Source of the DNA: Squalus acanthias
Taxonomy: Eukaryota
Direction: 5' to 3'
DNA: 64,000 nt
NCBI GenBank assembly: GCA_030390025.1
Contig: CM059433.1
Coordinates: 19,346,001-19,410,000 of the forward strand
Shown in pieces: positions 1 to 13,555 of the stretch. The position numbers and the translations under genes are program-made. Numbering within the stretch: the first letter of the stretch is position 1; every line of letters starts with the position of its first letter. Under the pieces are notes generated by a model, which was not told the DNA's origin, searched no databases, and saw nothing but the letters and a program-made list of their open reading frames with translations.

Positions 1-2185
1 GACTTTATACAGAGTACAAAAGCAAGGAAGTTATACTAAACCTTTATAAATCTGTGTCCCAATTCCAGGCACTACACTTTAGGAAGGATGTCAAGGTCTT
101 GGAGAGGGTGCAGAGGAGATTTACTAGATATGGTAACAGGGATAAGGGCCTTCAGTTATGTAGAGAGACTAGAGAAGCTGGGATTGCTCTCATTAGAGCA
201 GAGAAGGTTAAGGGCACTGTTCCCTCTAAGGTGCGCAGCTGCGCACATGTCCCAGAGCTCGCATGCACTTCAAATTAAATGGCGCACAGAACACTGGACT
301 GCCTGACAGCTGGAGCGGGGGAGGGGCCCAATACACAATGACCCGGAATACAGACAGGGTTGTTTGCGAGTCTTGCGACCTCAGAGCCGATCTCAATTGG
401 AAAGTAGCAAGAGAGTTGGGGCAGCGGCCACATCACGAGGGAGTGGGTGAGGGGTTGGTTGTGTCGCTCTCTGGTAAGTTCCAGGTGCTGCAGGCAGAAG
501 CTGTAGAGGAGCCGCACTCAGCCGTTTGCCATGGTGATGAGGGCAGCGTCTCCCTCCTCCTTTGGCGTCACGGTTCCAGAGGCCTGTGTTACACAAACTG
601 TGCGCTCCCCGCGGGGCCAGTTGTTTGAGCGGGCCAGCTCAGTGCAGCCAGCCACCACTATGGGGCTGGGCGAAGCTTTAAAAATCAGTGGGAGAGATTG
701 ATAGATAACCACGTGCACCTCATCTTATTAAACCTGGTGAGTGAGTCGAGGAGTTTTACCTGCAACAGGTGAGTAAGAAGGGTCTTTGTTGCTGTCAGAT
801 GGTAGCGACATGTTTTAGGAGAGGGAATGAGAAACGAGTTTGTGCAAATTTTGAGCTGTACGTGAATCCGTTTTCTAAAATAAAATGATCCTACTGCAGA
901 TGGGTTTGTAAGCTCAGGCTTTCAATCATTAGGTGAAGCAAGGAAGCATTTTAGCAGAAGGAAGAAGAGTGATTAACACAAGTTTAACTTACTTTTATTT
1001 GCTACTTTTTAATAAATCCAATATTACACTGGGGTGGATTTATGGTTTTAGTCTTGTTGCTGATGAAAGTTCATAAAAAGCTCATAACATAAAAAGTGGG
1101 GAAAATTGGAGTTTACTTTTGAAAATCAGAATTCTGGCATCAGGTTTATATTTTTTAGAAATGTTCAGGCACCTCACTTTCTAAAGGCCAACCCAATTAG
1201 CACATTTGTCTGCTGAAGAATTCAAACCGTCTGGGGCAACAAAGGTTGCCTTTGTCAGAAACAAAAATGAGTTTTTTTAAAAAAATTTGTAAAATTGTTT
1301 AAAGCCGGAAAAAAATACGGGAAAGTGATGTTAATTTTACCACAAACAAAAGTTGCAGAATGGGCATGTAAATGACAAATGAATTTCCATATAGATAACT
1401 GTGAGGTGGTGCATTTTGGTAGGAGGAATAAGGAGGCTACCTACTCCTTGGAAAATAAGAGACTAAATGGAGTAGAGGTGCAAAGGGATCTAGGGATATA
1501 GATTCACAAGTCATTAAAAGTAGCAACGCAGGTTAAAAAAGCCATAAAATAAAGCACTGGGCTTCATTTCTAGAGGAATAGAATTCAAAAGCAGAGAAGT
1601 TATGTTAAACTTGTACAGAACCTTGTTTGATTGTCTCATGATTTGAGATGGTGGGGTGGCAATATCACATTACTGTATATATGCTTTTAAGTGGTTGCCG
1701 TCGTTGGTTGTTGTAAAATTTGCCCACGGACGAACAGGTCGCGCTCAAAGGAGTTCGTGGCCCACTCAGTACAAAAAAAAATTAGAGGGAATATTGGTTA
1801 AGGGGAGATTTAATTTCGCTGCACAAAATTATGAAGAGAAGAATAATAGAGTAAATCAGGAGAAACTGTTTCCACTGGCAGGAGGGTCGGTAACCACAGG
1901 ACACAGATTTAATGTAATTGGCAAAAGAACCTGAGGGGAGAGGAGGAGAATTATTTTTTTAAGTAGCGAGTTATGATGATTTGGAATGCACTGCCTGAAA
2001 GGGCAGTGGAAGCAGATTCAATTGTAACTTTCAAAAGGGTGCGTATATATACTTGAAAAGATATATACTTGAAAAGGAAAAAATTGCAGGAAAAGAGAGT
2101 GGGACTAATTGAATAGCTCTTTCAAAGACACAGGCACAATGGGCCGATTGGCCTCCTGTGCTGTATGATTCTATTCTATGATTCG
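1..2185 (+). mobile_element. CR1 LINE 3' fragment split by a hAT insertion at 215-1796
   Basis: RT C-terminal peptides (RKDVKVLERVQRRFTR; EKLFPLAGGSVTTGHRF) on both sides of the insertion; (ttctatga)-type tail near 2170. Confidence 0.85.
215..1796. mobile_element. Non-autonomous hAT-type DNA transposon with a nested CR1 fragment (~1360-1625)
   Basis: 15-bp TIRs CACTGTTCCCTCTAA / TTAGAGGGAATATTG (2 mismatches). Exact 8-bp TSD GTTAAGGG at 207-214 and 1797-1804. Confidence 0.88.
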
Positions 2186-2478
2186 GGAGTAGTTAAAGCT
2201 AGTACTTTTATCACCATCATGCAGAAATCTTTCAACTGCAGTGCTCCAATCTCGGAACAAACTGGTTTTAGTTAGCATATTATTTCCATGCAAATGTGAT
2301 AAAGTTCCTCAAAATATGCTCAGACCTGCAGAAAAATCAAGGCAGGTAGAGATTACACCATAAAATGAAGAAGGCCGACCATTGTGAAGGGGCACCTGGC
2401 CTCCACTTGACACCTCCCCAGATGACATAGCTAAGTATCAAAAACTCCTCATGCTAGTAACTACAGGCATTAACCTTA

Positions 2479-2755
2479 GGGGGAGAAATTCAGTATCGCC
2501 CCGTTTGGGGGCGGTAACTTTTGAAAGCTGGGAAACTTAGCGGCAGGTGCTAATGATTCCCAGCTTTTAAAAATTGGGTTTTAGCGCTCCAGGAGGGAAA
2601 TGGAGCGCTAAATCAAGCGCTCCACTTCCTTCCTGGAGCGCTAAAGGACGCAGGCGGGGCGGTAGTTGTGCAACGCTACACAATGGGCCGTGCAGTGCTG
2701 CCACGTTCCGAGGCTCCTTTTCTCCCTTAAAGGGAAGGGCCATCGCTGCAACACT
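2479..2755. mobile_element. Truncated Harbinger-like MITE, one end only
   Basis: GGGGGAGAAATTC terminus like the other GG..AAATT elements here; CpG-rich; internal hairpin at 2582-2643. No second TIR found. Confidence 0.5.
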
Positions 2756-3239
2756 GAACCAAGAGCTTTGGAATTCAACACTTGGATATTAGGGCAATGC
2801 AAAGTGATAATTCACTTGAGGAAAGTCAACTCATTATCCATTGAAAACCACTTAAACAACCAATTAAGAGCAGCAGTATGATTCCTATTTTGTTCTGCTG
2901 AGTTTACTAATGAGCAAGAATGAAACAAGTAAAGATCATTCTTCCCGTATTAACCATTTCTTCACAGTCCATTAAGGAATATTTATCTGATCTTGTATCC
3001 TAAGTCATCCATGGAAATATTTTATAAAGCCCAGGATCCAGCATATTTCACAATCATTTGACTACCTATGCTTTGCTTTATAACTGCAATCCTGTTCCTA
3101 TCTAGATATTGATCCAGCTCTCTTCTTTAAGGGGCTGCGCAGGCCGTTCAAAATTCTGCACACGCGCATTTTACTCATTGAAAAGCCAGCTGCACGGGGT
3201 CCCTGGATCGCTGCACAGCTTACAGGGAACATTGCCCAC

Positions 3240-5862
3240 AACCCTCAGATATCTGCACCCCTCTAATTCTGGCCTCATGAGCATCCCTGATTTTAATCAT
3301 AGAATCATAGAAGATAGGAGCAGGAGTAGGCCATTCGGCCCCTCGAGCCTGCCCCGCCATTGAATGCGATCATGGCTGATCATCCAAATTCAGTACCCTG
3401 TCCCTGCTTTCTCCCCATATCCCTTGATCCCTTTAGCCTTAAGAAATATATCCAACTCCTTCTTGAATATATTTAATGAATTGGCCTCTACTGCCTTCTG
3501 TGGCAGAGAATTCCACAGGTTCACCACTCTCTGGGTGAAGAAATTCCTCCTCATTTCTGTCCTAAATGGCTTACCCCTTATCCTTAGACTGTGACCCCTG
3601 GTTCTGGACTCCCCGACCATCGGGAACATCCTTCCTGCAACTAGTTTCTCCTGTCCTGTCAGAATTTTATAAGTTTCAATGAGATCCCCTCTCATTCTTC
3701 TAAACTCCAGCGAGTATAAGCCCAATCGACCCAATCTCTCTTCATACGTCATTCCTGCCATCCCAGGTATCAGCCTTGTGAATCTTCGCTGAACTCCTTC
3801 CATAGCAAGAACATCCTTCCTCAGATAAGGCGACCAAAACTGCACATAGTACTCAAGGTGTGGTCTCACCAAGGCCCTGTACAACTGCAGCAAGACATCC
3901 TTGTTCCTGTACTCAAACCCTCTCGCTATGAAGGCCAACATACCATTTGCCTTCTTAAGCGCCTGCTGCACCTGCATGCTTACCTTCAGCGACTGGTGCA
4001 CAAGGATACCCAGGTCTCGTTGCACTTCCCCTTCTCCCAATATATTGCCATTCAGATAATAATCTGCCTTTCTGTTTTTGACACCAAAGTGGATAACCTC
4101 GCATTTATCCACGTTATATTGCATCTGCCACGCTTCTGCCCAATCACCCAACCTGTCCAAATCATCCTGGAGTTTCTCGGATCCTCCTCGCAGCACACAC
4201 ACCCACCCAGTTTTGTGTCGTCTGCAAACTTGGAGATATTACATCTAGTTCCCTTGTCTAGATCATTAATATATATATTGTGAATAGCTGGGGTCCAAGG
4301 ACCGATCCCTGCGGTACCCCACTAGTCACTGCCTGCCACTCGGAAAAAGACCAGTTTATTCCAACTCTTTGCTTTCTGTCTGCCAACCAGTTCACTATCC
4401 AAGTCAATACCTTGCCCCCAATCCCATGTGCCTTAACTTTACATGCTAATCTCTTATGCGGGACCTTATCAAAAGCCTTTTGGAAGTCCAAATACACCAC
4501 ATCCACTGGTTCTCCCTTATCTATTTTACCAGTTACATCCTCAAAAAATTCCAGTAGATTAGTCAAGCATGATTTACCTTTTGTAAATCCATGTTGACTT
4601 TGTCCGATCCTGTCACTGTTTTCCAAGTGCTCAGCTATTACATCTTTTATAATGGACTCTAGCATTTTCCCCACTACCGATGTCAGGCTTACCAGTCTAT
4701 AATTCCCCGTTTTCTCTCTACCACCCTTTTTGAATAGTGGGGTAACATTAGCTACCCTCCAATCCATGGGTACTGTTCCAGATTCCATCGAATGTTGGAA
4801 GATGATCAGCAACGCATCTACTATTTCTAGGGCCACTTCCTTAAGTACCCTAGGATGTAGATCATCAGGCCCTGGGGATTTATCGGCCTTCAATCCCTTC
4901 AATTTCCCGAACACCATTTCCCTACAAATACTGATTTCTTTCAGACCCTATGTTCCCCAACATCTCTGGGAGGTTATTTGTGTCCTCCTTTGTGAAGACA
5001 GAACCAAAATATGTATTTAATTGGTCTGACATTTCTTTGTTCCCCATTATAAGTTCCCCTGATTCTGACTGCAAGGGACCTATGCTTGATTTCACTAATC
5101 TTTTTCTCTTCACATATCTATAAAAGCTTTTACAGTCAGTTTTTATGTTCCCTGCAAGCTTACTCTCGTATTCTATTTTCCCCTTCTTAATTAATCCCTC
5201 TGTCCTCCTTTGTTGAATCTTAAACTGCTCCCAATCCACAGGGATACTGCTTTTTATGGCCAATTTATATGCCCTCTCCTTGGATCTTATGCTATCCCTA
5301 ATTTCCCTTGTTAGCCACGGTTGAGTCACCCTTTTTGTTTTATTCTTATGCCAAACTGGGATGAACAAATTCTGTAGTTCGTTCATGCGGTCTTTGAATG
5401 TTTGCCATTGCCTATCCACCGTCAACCCTTTGAGTGACATTCCCCAATCAATCCTACCCAACTCGCACCTCATACCATCGTAGTTTCCTTTATTTAAATT
5501 CAGGACCCTAGTCTCTGAGTCAGCTACTTCACTCTCCATCCTAATGAAGAATTCTATCATATTATGATCGCTCCGACCCAAGGGGCCTCGCACAACAAGA
5601 TTGCTAATCACTCAACCGTTCGTGGCCGTGCCTTCAGCTACCAAGGCCCGAAGCTCTGGAATTCCCTCCTAAACCTCTCCGCCTCTCATCCTTTAAGACG
5701 TTCCTTAAAACCTATCTCTTTGACCAAGCTTTTGGTCATCTGCCCTAATTTCTCCTTACGTGGCTCAATGTCAAATTTTGTTTTATAACGCTTCTGTGAA
5801 GCGCCTTGGGACGTTTTACTATGTTAAAGGCGCTATGTAAATACAAGTTGTTATTGTTGTAT
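3240..5862 (+). mobile_element. L2-type 3' end split by a CR1 insertion
   Basis: GRAFSYQGPKLWNSL peptide and ...aaatacaagttgttattgttg tail. The two halves rejoin across TAATCA at ~3294 and ~5605. Confidence 0.65.
3298..5606 (-). mobile_element. 5'-truncated CR1 LINE (ORF2 pseudogene)
   Basis: Three successive ORFs (4922-5611, 4258-4917, 3390-4202) with YLDFQKAFDKV, GVPQGSVLGP and RPHLEY motifs; (ttctatga)n tail at ~3300. Confidence 0.93.
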
Positions 5863-8329
5863 CTGTACTTTGTGTGTACGAGAGGTGGACATGAATATAC
5901 CACTCTCTCCAGTCCCCCCTGTCCCCCACCAATGTTCCCTCTAATTTTTTTGGGTGCGCGGCCCCTTTAAAGAGCTGCATGGCCCATTCAAAATACCGCG
6001 CTATATAAATGCAAGTTCTTCTTTAACTGAAAAACATATTATTACTGCTTGCTCATCATCGGCCTTTCATTAGCTACACGAGCAATGTGCTACATAATAA
6101 TATATACTCTTTTTCTCTATAAAGATGAACCTGGCCCATCTCTCGTAGTGGATTACTGCACCAGATGCTGCACAAGATCCATAAACACAACTACCACAAC
6201 TTTAGCACAGATACACAACCGTCTACAACTCCTTAAGGTAGTGAATCAGCACCATATAAGCACACACTGAGAACAGAGCATGTGGCACTTCTACTAGTTC
6301 AACATGTATTCAGGAGGCCAATGAGAGTTTGGAACATCCTGAGCCTGAGGCTCAAACAGAACAGATAGCAACAGCAGTCTAAGGCCCAATGTGACAATAT
6401 GCAACAGATCAAAGGCATGTGCACGCTGATGATTCCTTCCCTCCATACCCACCTTCCCCTTCAGTGCCAACTCTAGTCACGCTGAGCTCTCCCACGCACT
6501 CCACTTTCTCGTGCTTGTTTTCTTGTATGCCTCCACTTGGTGCTTAGCCCCACTACCCATGTAGCATTAGTCCTGAATCCAGTCGTATGTCAGTGGCCTT
6601 TTACACAAAGACCTTGAATCTCCTCTGCCTTGCCATCCCAACACTGCTCAAGTCACAAGCACTGTTCCAGAATCTCAGAGCAACCTGACTTCTCATGGCA
6701 TTGAAAGAAAACTGTCAAAGATTGTGTGATCAGCATAACAATTGCAGAGACTCAAGTGTCAGAGGATTTTAAACATTTCATATTAGCCTAGCAATTGACT
6801 TTAAAAGGATACTAAATTTATTGTCACCAAATTCCAACCCACATAACCAAAAAAGGAAAGAAACAGCAAAATCACAGCAATACCCTAAGAATGTACAATA
6901 TATGTATATTTGACTCGAAGTGATCTCAAAATCAAGAGTGTGAACAAAGTGTATGACGGAGGGAGGGGATGGGAGAAACGGAAGAGAGAAAGAGAAAAAG
7001 AAATGAAAAGAAAAACATTGAGGCAGAAATTGATGTCCATGTGCAATGTTGCAAAAATCAGATCTTGATTTTAAAATTATATTTTTGAACTACCATGTGG
7101 TTCAAATCATTTCATCATGTACTGTGCCACACTCTTAAATTTTTGCTAAAGTGACAAAACTGCCTAGATTAAATTTCACTGTCTTGAAAATGACATTTCT
7201 AACACAAAATGACGATCAAATCTTTACGCAACTGCTTTATAATCGACTCCTATTTTGTCAACTAAAATGACCAGAGAACATCATCTGCTTCTTGTCACAT
7301 TACGTTTTTTTAGATCTGAATTTTCTCATCCGTTTCATATAAACTGGAAGCTTTCCTGTATCGTTTAAATCTTTGAATAAATTTAGCTCAATTTTCAGGA
7401 TTTTTTAAATTAAATTTCTCTTGGGGTCTTATTGAAATGTTACTATTATCCTGTCTGTCTTTCTATTGCTATCACTTAGTGGACACATCTTCTAATATAG
7501 GCTGTTGCTGGTTCAGATTATTTTAAAAGCCTCTCTCATGTAGTTTGGACCCTCCTTTTTCCCTCTTCTAATCCAAGAGTCGTGAGGTCTTGTAATCAAT
7601 TTCAGGCACGTGAGGCGACAAATAAATGAGTTCAAATAACACAAAGACATTCCACTCACCGTGCCTGTCTGCTCCTAAGTCCCTGCTGACTGGAGGAGGC
7701 CGCCTTCTCTACTTTTACAGCATAACATGCATTAATATAGAACTGTAACCTGGATAACCCTACAATGAGAAATTGAAACATTTTGCTGTAGATGTGCCCT
7801 TTTTAGGATGGATACAGGCAAATTGTTGGAGTATAAAAGCTTTACTTTTTATCTGAAATTTGCTAGCCTTACTGGAGTGCTTCTTACTGAATTATGTAAA
7901 CGTATAGACTGAATTATGTAAATGTGTAGGCCTCTGGGATAAGACTGTTAACTAGAAACTGCATTTATTTGTATCTGCCCTTTCTTAGAAGCCTCCGTCA
8001 GAGATTCACGTCAAAATTCAGCGCAACTTTAGCTTTGTGGTGGATATTTTGTACTAAAAATACAAAGAAATGAAAAAAAAAAAAAAATTTCATAATACTG
8101 TATGCTAACAATTGCCAGCATTGTTGAATCCTATTAATATTTCTTTTGTTCTCTAAGAAGGTAACAAGAGAAGGAATTCAGTGCAACAGGCTCCATTCCA
8201 GTCAGTTTTCAGTGAAAAGTAAACCCCTAATGGTGGGATAGAGCTCCCTCAGTGGTCTAGTGGAAAGAACCAATGCTCTGTGTAACACTAAATGAAAATT
8301 GTTTATTACTATTGATTATATAGACCCAG

Positions 8330-8700
8330 AGACCTGAGCACAAAAATCTACGCTAACACTGCTTTGCAATGCTGAGAGTGTGCTGCACTGTCGGAGGTGC
8401 CGTTAAACTGAGGCCCCGTCTGCTCTCTCAGATGGACATACAAGATCCCATGGCACTATTTCAAAGAGGAGCAGGGGAGTTATCCGCGGAGTCTTGTCCA
8501 ATATTTATCCCTCAATCAAACATAACAGATTATCTGGTCATCATCACATTGCTGTTAGTGGGAGCTTGCTGTACGCAAATTGGCTGCTGCGGTTCCTACA
8601 TTACAACAGTGACTACACTTCAAAAGTACTTCATTGTAAAGCACTTTGGGATGCCCAGAGGTCGTGAAAGGCGCTATATAAATGCAAGTCTTTCTTTTTC
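8330..8700 (+). mobile_element. tRNA-derived SINE body (Deu-SINE/SacSINE1-like) with L2-type tail
   Basis: Nearly colinear with 37500-37960; ends ggcgctatataaatgcaagtcttt. Family name is from recall. Confidence 0.75.
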
Positions 8701-11689
8701 CTATATTACTTGTCACGAGAGAGACTGGTATGAAAAATGAATTGCCCCGGTGCAATAAAGATTCCTCTTGTAAGGTTGGATCATTGAGGCAGTTTAAAAT
8801 AAGCTATGCCCTATATCTATCCATAACTGACTCTCAGTGCTTGATCCTCATGATAGCTACAAAAAGGTTCCATTTTATTGCACTAAAATGCCACTCCTTC
8901 ATAAGAACCATATTCAACCCACCTATGGGCAAGTAAGTAGATTAAAAAGTAAGAAGCAAACAAATATACAATTGCAGTTGTGAGAATATCAAAATGACAA
9001 AAATGTATACTGAAAAGGTGTGCTGTATGTACCTCCCAAGATTTTCTTATTTCTGCTCCATTAACTCCACTATGCAATTTCTCTGGCAAACAAGGAAAAG
9101 TTGACTCACCACTTAAAAAGTCTACAGTATTAAAGCTGTGAATGGTAGTCAGAATGCATCCTTCTTAAATTATTAAACTTAGACAAGATTACTACAGCAC
9201 TGCAATATACCAATTCTTGTACTGTTCACTAACTTACTTTTAAATAAGCAATTTGGTACAGGTGTACAAGCTTGAGCATTCACTGCCTCAAGTCTACTGG
9301 CCAGTGCTTTTCCTGAGATCTTGAAGCCAGTGTTTTAATTGGTTTGCTCAATCAGTTTAAGACATGATTTCCATATATGATTAGCTAGTGATGATGACAA
9401 AGACTTTAAAAAAAATAGAAGCAAGCTGATATGCGAAGAAAGGCAATAGTATGCCTCACACACTCCAGGCATTACGGGAACAACCACCCCACTCAGCCCT
9501 ATACCGAGATGAGGTAGGGGGGTTCCAATGCACCGCCTCCTCTCCTTTTAGTCACCTCTAACAAAACAGCAAAACCCTGATCCTTGTAACACTTAGACTG
9601 GTACATAAAACTGTCAACAAACACACAGCACCAATCCTGCACAATGTAAGAAAACAATCAAGGAAAGAAAATCGCTTTGGCTGGGAATTCCAATAAAAAG
9701 CTGCTAGAATTTCTTTCAGCCATTTCCTAATGGGACCCTCCAAAGCATAGGCATCTAACTAATTGGTGTTGTTACATTTCCTTATAGCAGGGGAATTTAC
9801 TGTAAGCAGCTTGCTTTAACACCGGGCAATGGTCTTCTTAATCTTCACCATGATGGGTGACAATCTTATTTTCCTTTCTTACATGCGCAGTAAAGTTGAC
9901 ATCCTGCTGCTTCTACATCCGATATGCCAGGAAGCAGCTCAGCTCGTCTTCATGATCATAATTGTGCTTTATTGAATGCAGAAGCCTCCCCGTTCCACTT
10001 GAGTGTGCATTATTGATTTCTCCTTTACAGTTGAAGCTTGTGAAGCCATGTTGACTGATTGGAGCTCAAGTCCTAATTATGTGATTTTAGCTTCTATCTT
10101 CAATTGTCACATAGATACTAACATTTTGCCAGCTGTATCCTGTCAAGAGGAATTTTACCTTCTCCCATAGAAGAGCCTTTTGGCACCTGAAAAATTCCTA
10201 TGGCCTTTCAGATGAGGATGAGGCAGATCTAGCACACACCCCAGCCAACTGAAAAAAGAGAAAACTATTGCAATTTTTGGTTAACTGGATACTTGACATA
10301 TGGAAACCATCAGTGTCTCTGAATCAAGCTACTGACAAATCAACACGTGTAGAATTTCTGTTTGACCGATACTGAGTGCACATTCTCTCCCACTGGTGCA
10401 CACCCCACTTATCTAAGTCCTACAAAGCTTAAGCACAGTTTCGTAAAGCCAATGATTAGGAACCCTCAAGTGTGCATTGAAGTACTGGTGGAGTTTAACC
10501 AGCTAAAAACACATGACTTACCAATACTGATAAGCTCGCCACTCTACCCGTTAAGTCATTGGCTTGCAGGGTTATTTAGAGGCAAGTAAGGAGAATCCAG
10601 GTTCCCAATCAGACATCCTGCAGGTTTAATAAGTGAGCCAAACTGCTGGTCAATCATTAACAGTGCCCTGGAGTACTGCAGACCTGCCTGGTTCAGGTAT
10701 CAAAATTACCCAATCAACCAGAGGATACAAGTGACACTGAATTTCCAACCACTGTGACTGCAAAGAGATTCTACTTATTGTGCCCCCTACCAACCAATAA
10801 GCATAATCACAGTTGGTCATCATTTGACAACTAACAAGGACAGGTTCAGTCCTTGTTAAGTGAACAGCAGGTGCCAGGAATTCCTGAGCAGCCATGCTGA
10901 TATTTTGGATGTCCAAGCCCACATTCACATCCCAGGAGTAAGGCATCCAGTCGCTGTCTGCTTCTAAACATTTCCAACTATCAGTGGAACTTCTATGCTA
11001 CTGGCTCAACTGTTCCAAAGACAGGTTAATTTTTAACTATACAGTTCTTCATGATTAAATTTCCTGCTTTCCTTCCTTGTCAATAGCATTAATGCCATTG
11101 CTCAATGAAGATCTTCACAACTTCAACTCAAGATTTCAAGACAAGCAATATGTTTTCATATTTAAATATACTGGTGGGTTATTTCAGATTTTTTAAAATT
11201 TGTTGCAGAGATATTTTTAGATCAAAGTGCAAATTCCCCAGATCTTTGACCCATGATCAGCAGAAACTGGGATGAAGTACAGAGATCAACAAATAAAACA
11301 TATTGCAGCTGAACTCTATTGCATTAAAATAGCTCTGCAACCTTGCATTTCAAGTTCACATTTAGTTAACTACTACATATTCCTTAAAGTATTAAAAAGA
11401 CATCGTGAGGCACTACACTTGAAAATGGTCTAGTCACAGTGATTCAATGAAGTTTAGGTGAAACACAACATTTAACTGTTACTAGGCACTTCAGCACCAA
11501 GAGGAAATGTTGCTGTATGCTGCAAAATGTTTTCAGTGAGCTAGCCATACCTGACAACACAATGAGTTCAGCACCAACTTTTAAAAAATTAGTGCAAACA
11601 AAATAAAATTGAGGAAAAACTTTGCCTGACAACAATTTATGGCAGAAGAACTAAATTGTGTGCAATTGTCAGTAACGGGCTACACTAAC

Positions 11690-11760
11690 CTTTATATTCT
11701 TCCCTTTGCATCCAATGGCTGCATTTGTTACTTCAGTTATGTTGCGTTTCTCACTATGAC
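11690..11760 (-). CDS. MCPH1: Probable microcephalin exon 9 equivalent
   Basis: 71 nt, ttgttttttccag| ... AAG|gttagt. Translates (S)HSEKRNITEVTNAAIGCKGKNIK. Phase 1 to 0 with a basic end like human GRGKK; sequence similarity is weak. Confidence 0.65.
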
Positions 11761-12174
11761 CTGGAAAAAACAAATTCAACTGAAGTTAATTTAGACCTGG
11801 TTGCAATAAATGGTCACAAAGCAAATTTAAAAGTTTGTTTTGGAAATTATATTTCCAGTTGATCAAATTGTGTTTCTTTTACACAAAGTCGTAATGTATA
11901 GCAAATATGAATGAAACCAGAAAATTTTGGAGATACTGAGCAGGACCATCTACACCTGAAAAAGAGAAGATAGGTTAAGATTTTGGCTGTAGATGTTTCC
12001 CAGAACTGGAAACGGGAAGATGAGCAAATCCTTTCGCAACATTGATAAAAGGGGAGGATAACAATGCCCTGTATCCTACAAAGAAAATCAACAGAAATAC
12101 AAAATGCATTGAAATATATATATATGCAAATCCAATAGATGGTGGCTTTACAAATCCCAATTTGTTCCTAAGAT

Positions 12175-12595
12175 AATAGAAACATGGAAGTTTACAGCAC
12201 AGAAAGAGGCCATTCGGCCCATCGTGTCTGTGCCGGCCGAAAAAGAACTATCCAACCTAATCCCACTTTCCAGCTCTTGGTCTGTAGCCCTGTAGGTTAC
12301 AGGCACTTCTAGTGCATATCCAAGTACTTTTTAAATGTGATGAGGTTTTCTGCCTCTACCTCCCCTTTCAGGTAGTGAGTTCCAGACCCCCACCCTCTCT
12401 GGTTGAAAACATTTCTTCTCAGTTCCCCTCTAATCCTTCTACCAATTACTTTAAATCTATGCCCCCTGGTTATTGACCTCTCTACTAAGGAAAATAGGTC
12501 CTTCCTATCTTGGCCCCTCAATCTTGTACACCGCAATTAAATCTCCCTTAACCTCCTCTGTTCCAAAGAAAACAACCCCAGCCTGTGCAATCTTT
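12175..12595 (-). mobile_element. CR1 3' end fragment
   Basis: ORF LFSLVERSITRGHRFKVIG and CR1 3' hairpin. Confidence 0.85.
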
Positions 12596-13411
12596 GAAAG
12601 ATAGTCAACTTAAACTATAATGGGAAGCACTTTTTAAAATCTATCCCAAAGAATTACATGTAACATGATTTCTCTATAACCATGAAAATGTTATCAGTTA
12701 AGGAATAAGAGGATCTTCTCAGTTAACCAAAGTTCGAATTTATTTTCTCAAACTCTACATTAATGAAATCAGTGGAGCAACTAATGATTAAACCTGCAAA
12801 CATGAAATGCTGATCTCGAGTTTCATAATTGTTTATTAATTATAACACTAGTTTACGTCCCATGGCACTGCCGAAGCAGTCAAAACCAATTTGAATTTTT
12901 CAGATCAAGCAGGGTTGGAGAATGGGAATAATGGAACCAATGTGGAGGTGCCTGGAAGGGGGAAGAGGAGAGGATGAGCAAGAAAAGGGAAAGGAGAGAG
13001 GAAGGCCAGGAAGGGTGAGAGGAGGGGACGCGAAGATGGAGAAGAGAAGAAATTGGGAGAGAACATGGGGGAGAGTGGAAATGGGGAATAGAAGGGAGAA
13101 AGAAAGTGAGTGCTGAGAAGGGGAATTCAGTTCCACGGGGTCAGAGGATTGAGGCGTGGTGAAGAGAAATACTGCCTGTGGGGTGGGGCGGGGGAAAGAG
13201 AGGAGTTTGGCAGCCAGCAGGTACGTTGGAGCAGGAAATGCAGCCATCAAAGTGGGGGAGGGGGGCGGGGGGTTAAGGGCGAGACACAAGACAAATTTTG
13301 CTTGGGGTGCAGTACATCTGCTCAGTGACAAATTCCTCCGGTTTGCTTTGAGACTTCATGGATTCGCAGTACCACGATTTTTACCCAAAAGCCTGATAAT
13401 TGGGATACCTG

Positions 13412-13555
13412 GAATCAGAGAATAGTACAGCACAGAAGGAGGCCATTTGGCCCATTGAGTCTGCGCTAGCTCCTTCGAAGAGCAATCCAGTTAGTCCCGC
13501 TCCCCTGCTCTTTCTCCGTATCCCTGCAATTTTTCTCCTTCAAGTATTTATCCAA
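13412..13555 (-). mobile_element. CR1 3' UTR fragment
   Basis: acagcacagaaggaggccatttggcccat motif shared with the other CR1 tails. Confidence 0.75.

Noticed and set aside
1..11689. MCPH1 exons 10-11 (C-terminal BRCT) or nested ANGPT2
   Set aside because: No RTLVMTSM-like, BRCT2 or angiopoietin peptides found; presumably outside the window.
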